30,236 bases of DNA, taken from a virus. Lineage: Duplodnaviria > Heunggongvirae > Uroviricota > Caudoviricetes. The notes under the pieces were generated by a model. The model ran no database searches. It worked only from the letters and a program-made list of their open reading frames with translations, and was not told the DNA's origin. Below are positions 11,871 through 19,031 of this stretch, piece after piece. How positions within the stretch are numbered: the stretch's first letter is position 1; every line of letters begins with the position of its first letter. The position numbers and the translations under genes are program-made. Location: IMG/VR virus record IMGVR_UViG_2597489893_000002, positions 1 through 30,236 of that record; one strand, written 5' to 3'.

Positions 11871-11978
11871 TTACTGTTTCCTGAGTGCTTCTATGACGCC
11901 AGCAATACCGCCTAAAACTATGCCAGCAATGACAACGAGAACAATTGGATGCTTGTCAGCAAAATCCCAGAAGCCCAT
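11871..11978 (-). CDS. small hydrophobic membrane peptide, 35 aa
   Basis: ATG overlaps upstream stop as TGATG; one predicted TM helix (IVLVVIAGIVLGGIAGVI). Below the 60-aa ORF-track cutoff; found by manual translation. Confidence 0.45.
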   Translation of the reverse strand: MGFWDFADKHPIVLVVIAGIVLGGIAGVIEALRKQ

Positions 11979-12142
11979 CACTGATCCTTAGAAGCTGTTT
12001 TTAATATCGGCCATACCAATGTTACAGCTACTGCCACCAACGCCCCGTCCGATAAAACTGACAGGATTGTGCTGGTGAAATCCACCAGCACGGACAGCAA
12101 GAGAAAACCAATGGCGATTGCGATACGTGCCTTGCTTGCCAT
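11978..12142 (-). CDS. small membrane protein, 54 aa
   Basis: ATG overlaps the TerB-like gene stop as TAATG. Two hydrophobic segments. Manual translation. Confidence 0.5.
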   Translation of the reverse strand: MASKARIAIAIGFLLLSVLVDFTSTILSVLSDGALVAVAVTLVWPILKTASKDQ

Positions 12143-12576
12143 TACAGATAATCTTCCACACGAAGACCTAAACGACGGCCTACTTCTTCCAGTACTTTGT
12201 GTTCTGCTGGCTCGATTTCACCGTCCGCTTCTGCAATTGTCAGCATGTTAACGAATACTTCTTCCGCTTCTTTTGGATCGTTTTTGATATCTTCAATTTC
12301 GCGAAGGATATTCATGCGACCAACACGGAAGCCAGCTTCCAGTTGCTCGGTAAAGCGGGTAATTGTTGCAGTAATTTCGTTACCAAAATGACTAAGACGC
12401 GGATTAGAGCGGACAAGCTGATCAAGTTTCGCTGTTTCTTCTTTTTCGATTTCACCATCAGCGGCAGACACCAACAAACAGCCACCGATAATGGCCTCCA
12501 TCAGATCGCGATTCTCAACTTTTTTCAGCTCTACTTTTGCAGAAGCGACTTTCTTGCCGAACAATTTACCGAACAT
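12142..12576 (-). CDS. tciA: TerB-family (tellurite-resistance-like) protein, 144 aa
   Basis: Two-repeat TerB layout with AADGEIEKEE and AEADGEIEPAEHKVLEEVGRRLGL signatures. Position next to tRNA genes and ban matches P1 tciA. Confidence 0.8.
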   Translation of the reverse strand: MFGKLFGKKVASAKVELKKVENRDLMEAIIGGCLLVSAADGEIEKEETAKLDQLVRSNPRLSHFGNEITATITRFTEQLEAGFRVGRMNILREIEDIKNDPKEAEEVFVNMLTIAEADGEIEPAEHKVLEEVGRRLGLRVEDYL

Positions 12577-12769
12577 TGGTTATCCCTCAATAAAAGTGAC
12601 ATATTTATTAGATTGCGGTGCCGGGTTCCTCCCGGTGTCCTTTGGCTGGTTATCCACCGTGGACGGGGAAACAAGGAGAAATGAATGGACTGATATAACC
12701 ATTTCCCCGCGTGCGCTTAGCCGCATTCACCGCAACGGAAAGAGCATTCTTGGTGGACCTGTAGATTGG

Positions 12770-13508
12770 GATATGAACCCGTTACAGGAGAATGCTCTTA
12801 CCTGTTACGTGCTCCGTTTCGTGGAGCTAACGGCGGGTGATCGGGCCGCACCAGACTGGACTTATTTCAGCGTTATGCTCATGCCAGAGAATCAAACTGT
12901 GATGGTCGGTGCTGAACTCCGACACAGGGTTGTAGCAAGCCCCGCAAAGCGCGCACTACTGTAGTTGCGGCACATCAGCCTGTGCATTCACCACAATGTT
13001 GAGAACACTGGTTGTCACGCTGCAACGCAACATTTATTCGTAGATTGGGATATGACCCCGTTACGCCAGTGTTCTCAACGTTGTAGTGCCGGTTACGGTT
13101 CCGGCCAGGCCTCTTCCTCAACGGGGTGTTCTCCATACGGACTACCGTTTATTGGTCGTTCCTGCGGTTTATGTTGTGAAGCCAGATGCTTATCTTCTGG
13201 TTGCTTCAAAGAGCTGCACTTCATCACAACGGTAAGAGCACTCGATGCATTTAAGCCAAGCTCCATAAGGGAGAATGCCCTTACCTGTTGTGTTGTGATG
13301 ACCGGTGCTGATCTCCGGCTTGCGGTTATTTCAGACTCTCACGGGCGTTTAATTGCCCCGCCGAACAGCTCTTTTCCGCAATAGCTGCAATGTCTTTCGC
13401 GCATCAGCCTGCGCATTCATCACAACGGTAAGGGTACTTCGTAGGGATTCGAACCCTCTGCCAAGCTCGGCGATCTCCGACGTCGCAAAATACCCTTACC
13501 TGTTGTGC
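12770..13508. repeat. repeat-rich tRNA-like non-coding stretch
   Basis: Recurring motifs cccttacctgttg (13278, 13493, 13932; variant 12787), gtagattgggatatga(a/c)cccgttac (two copies), catcagcctg(t/c)gcattca(c/t)cacaa (two copies). One long hairpin (13421-13500) contains a tRNA T-arm-like GGGTTCGAATCCC on the - strand but does not fold as a canonical cloverleaf. Confidence 0.4.
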
Positions 13509-13584
13509 TGGTGCCGATTAACGGACTCGAACCGCTGACATCCTGCTTACAAGGCAGGCGCTCTACCAACTGAGCTAAACCGGC
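13509..13584 (-). tRNA. tRNA-Thr (anticodon UGU)
   Basis: 76-nt cloverleaf on - strand: acceptor GCCGGTT/AATCGGC, anticodon loop CTTGTAA, T-loop TTCGAGT, CCA end. Confidence 0.88.
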
Positions 13585-13586
13585 AT

Positions 13587-13662
13587 TGGCGATGGTGAAT
13601 GGATTTGAACCATCGACCCGTTGATTAACAGTCAACCGCTCTAACCGCTGAGCTACACCATC
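13587..13662 (-). tRNA. tRNA-Asn (anticodon GUU)
   Basis: 76-nt cloverleaf on - strand: anticodon arm GTTGA-CTGTTAA-TCAAC, T-loop TTCAAAT, CCA end. Separated from tRNA-Thr by 2 nt. Confidence 0.88.
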
Positions 13663-14316
13663 ACTTGCCGGGTACGTCTCCGGCGAGGGCTTCCACCTCC
13701 GTATGCTTTTCGGCGCACCTCGCCCTAGCTGCAATTCGGTAACAGGGGATGCACAACCCTGGCTTCCAGCGTGATTAGCGCCTTCAGCATGACGGGATAT
13801 ACCCGTAAATTCGTGGAACTGTACCCAAAGTGCTGTTAAGCACCGCTGTTACGCTGAAAAGAAAACGCAACAGGAAAGGACGCTGACCAACAGATGGCCC
13901 CTTCTCGTTCATCTGGTTAATCACACCAGCGCCCTTACCTGTTGTGCCTCCCCGTTCCCTAATACACAGACGGGGACACTCTGCGGTCGATTTTTTGACG
14001 GGGGACGACTCATACCCCGTGGCATCTGGCTTCTTAGGCCGCTACCATCATAAGATCATCGTTTGCATTTACTTTAATGGTCAGTTTCTAAACCGCCGCA
14101 AAGTCGCTAACCATGACGAAAACCCTGAAAAAAACGCCCACCCGAAGATGGGCAAACTGGAAGCTCGTAACGCACTTCGGCGTTGCCACTTAGGCGCATG
14201 GTCAACCTGGCAACTCGGTGGTTTGTCTGGGAGGACTAGGCCCAGCCATGCTTACCGCCGCGCCTGTCGCGGCTAACAGCTAAATCGCTCTATAAATCAC
14301 GATTCATTGAGGCGAT

Positions 14317-14344
14317 ATTACACTAATAAATTTATTAGAGCAAT
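14317..14344. promoter_or_regulatory. bipartite palindromic C1-operator-like site overlapping the dmt stop codon
   Basis: 14328-14344 on - strand reads ATTGCTCTAATAAATTT (17/17 to remembered consensus); 14317-14333 on + strand ATTACACTAATAAATTT (15/17). Both share the perfect palindrome ctaataaatttattag. Confidence 0.55.
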
Positions 14345-17217
14345 ATACCCAAAACGTCATGAGCTACACCTCGAGTGTCCCCCTTACAAGACACAGAACG
14401 TCTGGCAAAAAGAGGTTCCACTCTGAAGCCACTGTCATGATAAAGCTCTCTGATGTTTGGCGCGCCACTGTTAGTAATGAGAACCTTTGCACCTCGACGA
14501 TGAGCATCCGTCAACAGAGACACCAGGCGTTTTTGCTCTTCAAACTTAAAGTCATGACCGGAATAGTTCGTGAATCCCTCTGTATTTGGAAGCGGTTCAT
14601 ACGGCGGATCGCAAAAGATGACATCTCCTTCTCCGGCAGCTTCAATCACCGCTGCAAAATCACCGCATACAAACTCAGACCGCCCTTCCGCACCGAGGAA
14701 GGCTTCCATCTCCTGTAATGGGAAATACGGAGTTTTATACTTCCCATAACCGACATTGAACTCACCGGCCTGGTTGTAACGCGTCAATCCGTTAAAACAA
14801 TGTCGGTTCAGGAACAAAAACGCCGCTGCGCGATGTAAATCATCATAGACTTGTTTGTTAAACGCATTCCGTACTGCCAGGTATCCTTCCTGTGTGTTGT
14901 AGTCCTGGAAGAAACGATGTGCCAGAGTGATAAGTGAATGCGCCTCGCGTTGCAGAGTCTTGTAAAAGTTAATCAGGTCAGCATTCACATCATTTAGCAG
15001 ATTTTCCTGGTATCCGGCATTCATGAAGACAGCTCCGCCACCAACGAAAGGTTCAATCAGGCGCTTCCCTTCTGGCAAATAGCGAAAGATTTGTTCCAGA
15101 ACACCAAATTTTCCACCAGCCCATTTGAATATGGACCGTTCGAATTCTGCCGCTGGTTTAACTTTTCGCTCTTTTGTTTCACTTCCTTCTTTCTGCCGAC
15201 ATACGGCCTTAGTAATCCGATCGCCAATCCAGCGCATTACTGGTATTGCCATACTATTGCCGATCGCTTTGTAACGCGGTCCGTCAGCTGCAAGCATCGC
15301 GGCCTCTTCTTCGCTTAAATCAGGATAGTTATTGCGAAGGTATGCCAGTTCATCTGAAGAAACTTTTTTACGCTTTTCCGTAGGGATCAACGTATGCCCA
15401 TCAGGAAAACCTTGCAGCCTTTCACATTCGACAGGGGTAAGACGGCGTATTCTACCGTCGCCGAGCAATACAATTGGTGCTTCATGGTTACATGTTAAAG
15501 TTGGTGCCGAATTATCGGTTTTTATCTCAGCCCCTCCTTGCCCATGTGCCATGGCAACTATGTTTGTATCATCGCAAGATCTGATAGCGATGTTTGAAGT
15601 ATATCTGGTAGTTTCCTTCCCCTCGCCTCTGCTCGGCGCAATATCCCGGCGCACGCCTTCGAACTCAAAAAGTACCGTTGCGGGATCGAGGTCTGTTCGA
15701 GCACTTGCGACAACAAACACGCGTCGGCGTCGTTGTGCCACTCCGAAGTATTGGGCATCAAGGATTCTCCAGGCCACCTTTCGCTGCGGCCCATAAATAC
15801 AACCACACTGCGGCCACTTTGGAGCATGGCAACCGGTTTTGCCATCCCACCGCCAGAACGCGTTACTTTTTCCTGATTCAGGTCGATCACCTGGTTCAAA
15901 TGGCGCATCTTCTCCAGCCAATCCGGCAAGGAAACATCCGAAGGCGTTATCTGCCGATGACAAGACTCCTGGGACATTTTCCCAGACAATAACGGCTGGT
16001 TTGAGAAATGACTCAGCCCGTTTGTCGTCAATTGCATTTGCAAGCTCCACATACTTTAAAGTTAGCGCGCCACGCTCATCATCAAGCCCACCACGTAATC
16101 CCGCGATACTGAATGCCTGACAGTTATGGACCACCGCACCATTGAGGATATAGGAATGATCACCTTCGACTTCTATGTTGTATACAGTATCTAGGCCTAC
16201 CGATTTAAACTCTTTGACTGTTCGTAAAAGCATTCCATGAGCCAATCTTGATTTACGTGACAATTTCTGCGGGCAGATTGTTACCTGATAATAATTCCGT
16301 TGATTTACCACGCGATCCTCGATCACTTTTTTGGGCTCAACTTCAATAAAGCTGACCGAAGAAACATAACCACAAGTCTGTGACAACCCCGCAACGCCCC
16401 AAGCAAGCGCAGGACTAACACTATTAATTCTAAATCCCGCTTTACCACTTGGTGTCCCATCAGTATCAAGATAGCCTTGTAAAAACACATGACGCAATGG
16501 ATGCGACATCACCCATGCAGGGATACGCTTAGCATGGCTTAACTCGCCAAAATGTTCATTAAGCCAATTGGCATAACACGTATCATTCAAGGTTACTTTG
16601 ATGCTCCCTCGGATTTCGCTTGCCACGGAAAATATGTTTTCTGGTATGCGGCAATGAAACTTTCTCAATTTCTGGCAATTTATGCCAAAAACAACCGCCT
16701 TCTTAGATTTACCTCTCCATCTCCTAATATATCCATCGCCAACATAAGCGCCCGCAAGATACATAGCCTGTTCTTCAGACAAGAACCGAGAACAAATATC
16801 TGGAGATGCAATATTGAAATTAGTTAGAGCGCACCATTGATATCCCGGCATATCACATGCTGCTCGCCATTCCGGTTCAGACAACAACTCTCTCTTAAAA
16901 TATGTGCCATTTTTCCGGGTGTTTTGGGCTTTCCACCGAACAGCCAGGAAGGGATGGTCATTGGTTGTTCTTATACCTAAAGGCTGCCCAACGGCATTAA
17001 GTAACCCCGTATTAGCTATTTTTGAACCAACTCTTTTTACTTGTTGTAACCGCCCGAGATGACTGACTACGTAATCGCCAGGGCAAACATCTTCTATTGG
17101 TTTATAACCATTTTTACAAAGAACCATATGCCCCGCGGTAAAACATGGTGTTCCCCCGACGAGCACGTCAGGGGATTCGATTTCCCCAGCCAAGACTTTT
17201 TTGGCAAGTTTTGTCAT
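14335..17217 (-). CDS. dmt: DNA methyltransferase, fused C5-cytosine MTase (intein-containing) plus Dam-type N6-adenine MTase; main ORF lacking motif I
   Basis: After the intein: CQAFSIAG (motif IV with upstream GGTP), ENVPGV (VI), QRRRRVFVV (VIII), RRLTPVECERLQGFPD (IX), KAIGNSMAIPV (X). C-terminal 270 aa is Dam-like (FKWAGGK, EPFVGGGAVF, DPPY). The ORF begins only 24 codons before PC; motif I is in the upstream fragment. Confidence 0.85.
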   Translation of the reverse strand: MTKLAKKVLAGEIESPDVLVGGTPCFTAGHMVLCKNGYKPIEDVCPGDYVVSHLGRLQQVKRVGSKIANTGLLNAVGQPLGIRTTNDHPFLAVRWKAQNTRKNGTYFKRELLSEPEWRAACDMPGYQWCALTNFNIASPDICSRFLSEEQAMYLAGAYVGDGYIRRWRGKSKKAVVFGINCQKLRKFHCRIPENIFSVASEIRGSIKVTLNDTCYANWLNEHFGELSHAKRIPAWVMSHPLRHVFLQGYLDTDGTPSGKAGFRINSVSPALAWGVAGLSQTCGYVSSVSFIEVEPKKVIEDRVVNQRNYYQVTICPQKLSRKSRLAHGMLLRTVKEFKSVGLDTVYNIEVEGDHSYILNGAVVHNCQAFSIAGLRGGLDDERGALTLKYVELANAIDDKRAESFLKPAVIVWENVPGVLSSADNAFGCFLAGLAGEDAPFEPGDRPESGKSNAFWRWDGKTGCHAPKWPQCGCIYGPQRKVAWRILDAQYFGVAQRRRRVFVVASARTDLDPATVLFEFEGVRRDIAPSRGEGKETTRYTSNIAIRSCDDTNIVAMAHGQGGAEIKTDNSAPTLTCNHEAPIVLLGDGRIRRLTPVECERLQGFPDGHTLIPTEKRKKVSSDELAYLRNNYPDLSEEEAAMLAADGPRYKAIGNSMAIPVMRWIGDRITKAVCRQKEGSETKERKVKPAAEFERSIFKWAGGKFGVLEQIFRYLPEGKRLIEPFVGGGAVFMNAGYQENLLNDVNADLINFYKTLQREAHSLITLAHRFFQDYNTQEGYLAVRNAFNKQVYDDLHRAAAFLFLNRHCFNGLTRYNQAGEFNVGYGKYKTPYFPLQEMEAFLGAEGRSEFVCGDFAAVIEAAGEGDVIFCDPPYEPLPNTEGFTNYSGHDFKFEEQKRLVSLLTDAHRRGAKVLITNSGAPNIRELYHDSGFRVEPLFARRSVSCKGDTRGVAHDVLGILL
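16123..17145 (-). other. intein with LAGLIDADG homing-endonuclease domain, 341 aa, in frame within dmt
   Basis: Starts with Cys (CFTAGHMVL, block A), block B IRTTNDHPFL, two LAGLIDADG motifs (YLAGAYVGDGY, FLQGYLDTDGT), block F/G VYNIEVEGDHSYILNGAVVHN followed by Cys+1. Removal restores GGTP-CQAFSIAG. Confidence 0.85.
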
Positions 17218-17227
17218 TTCGCCCCGC

Positions 17228-17255
17228 GGGGGGGGGGGGGGGGGGCGGGGGGGGG
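17228..17255. repeat. G18-C-G9 homopolymer tract interrupting the dmt coding sequence
   Basis: Read directly from the sequence. On the coding strand it is a C-run that would encode poly-Pro. Frames on either side are offset so motif I and motif IV are not in one frame. Confidence 0.95.
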
Positions 17256-17390
17256 CCAGCGGAGCGCAAGAACGGCCGATGGAAAAGGCTCGATTTCAGC
17301 AAACCAAACCGGACGCATACCCAACGGTTCCCAGGCAATACTCGCGGCTTCAATTCCACTGCAAACAGATCCATAGCACAGCTCTTTCAC
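17256..17390 (-). CDS. dmt: 5-prime fragment of dmt carrying C5-MTase motif I
   Basis: GTG start overlapping the RdgC-homologue stop (GTGA). Translation [45 protein letters not shown] matches the motif I region of a C5-MTase subfamily as remembered; the frame is lost in the poly-G tract. Confidence 0.6.
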
Positions 17391-18292
17391 TGCTTAGCCT
17401 CTCCACCAAGGGCATTTACCAGAGCATCAACCAGGCACGAAATTTCACTGGTCAATAGGAAGAAATCTGCGTCCAGTCGCTGCGCAACATCTTCACTATC
17501 AATATCAGAGTTCTGCTCAAGCAATTCATCCGCAAAATTGACGCTGGTAATGCTGAAGTTATGGTCCAGTGTAAATTTAATGCGGTTCTGCCAGTCGAGT
17601 GCCAACTTAGTGACGAGCTTGCCAGCTTCCAGGTGTGTGGAAATTTCATCGCTTCCCAAATCCTGCTTTTTCACTCGGGCGATACCGCCATCCTCAAGCA
17701 CTGCCTTAAGTTCTGCCGCATCCCCCATTTGAAATCCCTGTGGAGCACTAGCATCACGTACCCAGTCGGTCAGCGTTAACTCAATGGGATTTTCAACACT
17801 TAGTGGCACAACAGGAAGAGAACCCAGAGACTTACGCATAAGCGCGAGCATATCCTCTGCCTGCCGCGCGCTGGCATTGATATAGATACGTTTAGTTGAA
17901 CCGTCGTAGATCGCCTGGATAACAGAAAACTTTGAAAAAGCCCGTGGCAGAAGAGAATGCAGAACTTCGTCTTTCAGGGAGTCCTTCTCTGTTTTCTTCA
18001 GTTTACGCGCTTGTTCTTGCTCAAGTTTTTCAATTTTTTCTTGAATAGCTCGCTGGATAACCGGCGGGGGAAGAATTTTTGTTTCGCGCTTTGCTTCAAC
18101 AAGGATAAAACCATTTCCATGCATAGCGATAACTTCGGAATTATCACCAAATGGCGATACAAAACCGAACTTGGCCATATCCTGACTACCGCATGGCGTG
18201 AAAAGGATCATTTTCTTTTTATCTTCTAAGTCGGTCAGATCCGCCTCACGAGAAAGTTTATAAATAGTAATATTTTTCCAGTGCTTAAACAT
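17387..18292 (-). CDS. hrdC: RdgC-family recombination-associated protein, 302 aa
   Basis: High similarity by eye to E. coli RdgC along its length ([13 protein letters not shown]..., [44 protein letters not shown]). Start taken at the internal ATG ([13 protein letters not shown]) rather than the track start at 18406. Confidence 0.88.
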   Translation of the reverse strand: MFKHWKNITIYKLSREADLTDLEDKKKMILFTPCGSQDMAKFGFVSPFGDNSEVIAMHGNGFILVEAKRETKILPPPVIQRAIQEKIEKLEQEQARKLKKTEKDSLKDEVLHSLLPRAFSKFSVIQAIYDGSTKRIYINASARQAEDMLALMRKSLGSLPVVPLSVENPIELTLTDWVRDASAPQGFQMGDAAELKAVLEDGGIARVKKQDLGSDEISTHLEAGKLVTKLALDWQNRIKFTLDHNFSITSVNFADELLEQNSDIDSEDVAQRLDADFFLLTSEISCLVDALVNALGGEAKQ

Positions 18293-18570
18293 GTTGTAAC
18301 CCTTGAATATCAACCACAGAAAGCTCGTCTTTGTAGAAAAAGGCCAAGTTGTGGCACCCCCTCGTTTGAGCGTATGAGCTGGGACCAATTTCGTTCTTCC
18401 AGACAAATGGCTTCAAATCCGTACGGCGAAGCATAAAAACGCGATTTGTTCCGCTCTGATTCCCAATGAGGCAAAAGCCTTCTTTCACCTTGATAGCCTG
18501 CAAGTTGTCGAGTTCACCGCTGGTTACACGGCTATCGAACTCCTTGCGGCTTATTAGCTCCATCTGCATC
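18285..18570 (-). CDS. hypothetical protein, about 95 aa, upstream of the RdgC homologue
   Basis: ORF ends 8 nt inside the rdgC-like start; start taken at MQMELIS (18570); operator-like site lies upstream. No motif recognised. Confidence 0.5.
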
Positions 18571-18640
18571 TGACGACTCCAAACAAATGCCCATTGAAGG
18601 GCGATGGCTGAATGGTACCGAAAACACGATATAAAAAACA

Positions 18641-18657
18641 ATATTTATTAGAGCAAT
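18641..18657 (-). promoter_or_regulatory. C1-operator-like 17-mer in the divergent region heading the - strand operon
   Basis: Read on - strand ATTGCTCTAATAAATAT, 16/17 to remembered consensus. Confidence 0.5.
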
Positions 18658-18738
18658 TTTGTAATAAGTAAACGCCATACAGACCACAAATAACCTAAGT
18701 TAAAATAACGAAAATCAGAGCAAATCATTGGTGACGAC

Positions 18739-19023
18739 GTGGCAAGTATTGCAACAAAAGACAGCATTTGTTCGGGGCACGGAGGATTCCCATCCAGGCC
18801 TCCTGTAGAGAGTGAACCACTACTTAAAGTCAACGGAGTCGAAGTGTTAGTTGATGGTAAGCAATATGCACAGCATACCGATGGAAACAGTACGCACGGT
18901 GGGCAAGCTATATCAACCAGGGCATGGTTTACCGTCAATGGTAAAGGGATCGTATGCGTTGGTGACCCTGTTTCATGCGGATCTACCGTAGCGTCCGGAG
19001 ACGGCCTAGTTCAGGTAAGTTAG
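18739..19023 (+). CDS. PAAR-motif-like small protein (possible spike tip), 94 aa
   Basis: GTG start; Gly/Cys pattern CSGHGG, VNGVEV, STHGG, VNGKGIVCVGDPVSCGSTVASGDG resembles PAAR repeat proteins. Start codon uncertain. Confidence 0.45.
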   Translation: MASIATKDSICSGHGGFPSRPPVESEPLLKVNGVEVLVDGKQYAQHTDGNSTHGGQAISTRAWFTVNGKGIVCVGDPVSCGSTVASGDGLVQVS

Positions 19024-19031
19024 GAGATATC

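Noticed and set aside
11871-12142. Hok/Gef-like toxin-antitoxin interpretation of the two small membrane ORFs
   Set aside because: They are co-oriented and translationally coupled within the tci-like operon, with no convergent antisense RNA promoter or fold evident; treated as small membrane proteins of unknown role instead.
12491-13384. + strand ORFs 12491-12964 and 12965-13384
   Set aside because: They span the repeat-rich tRNA-like stretch, have Cys/Ser/Arg-biased low-complexity translations and are antisense to the surrounding operon; more likely non-coding.
13420-13734. 104-aa - strand ORF
   Set aside because: It overlaps tRNA-Thr and tRNA-Asn entirely; the tRNA folds are far better supported.
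13944-14276. 110-aa + strand ORF in the leader region
   Set aside because: Non-ATG start, no RBS, Arg/His-rich low-complexity translation, antisense to the operon; kept only as a note under the non-coding leader finding.
17228-17255. G-quadruplex regulatory element interpretation of the G-run
   Set aside because: The run sits inside coding sequence and destroys the frame, and its length matches the missing linker; an artefact or slippage tract explains the data more simply.
17168-17374. 68-aa - strand ORF with a PPPPPPPPP run
   Set aside because: It is the frame that happens to stay open through the poly-G tract and mixes out-of-frame dmt sequence; a product of the homopolymer, not a gene.
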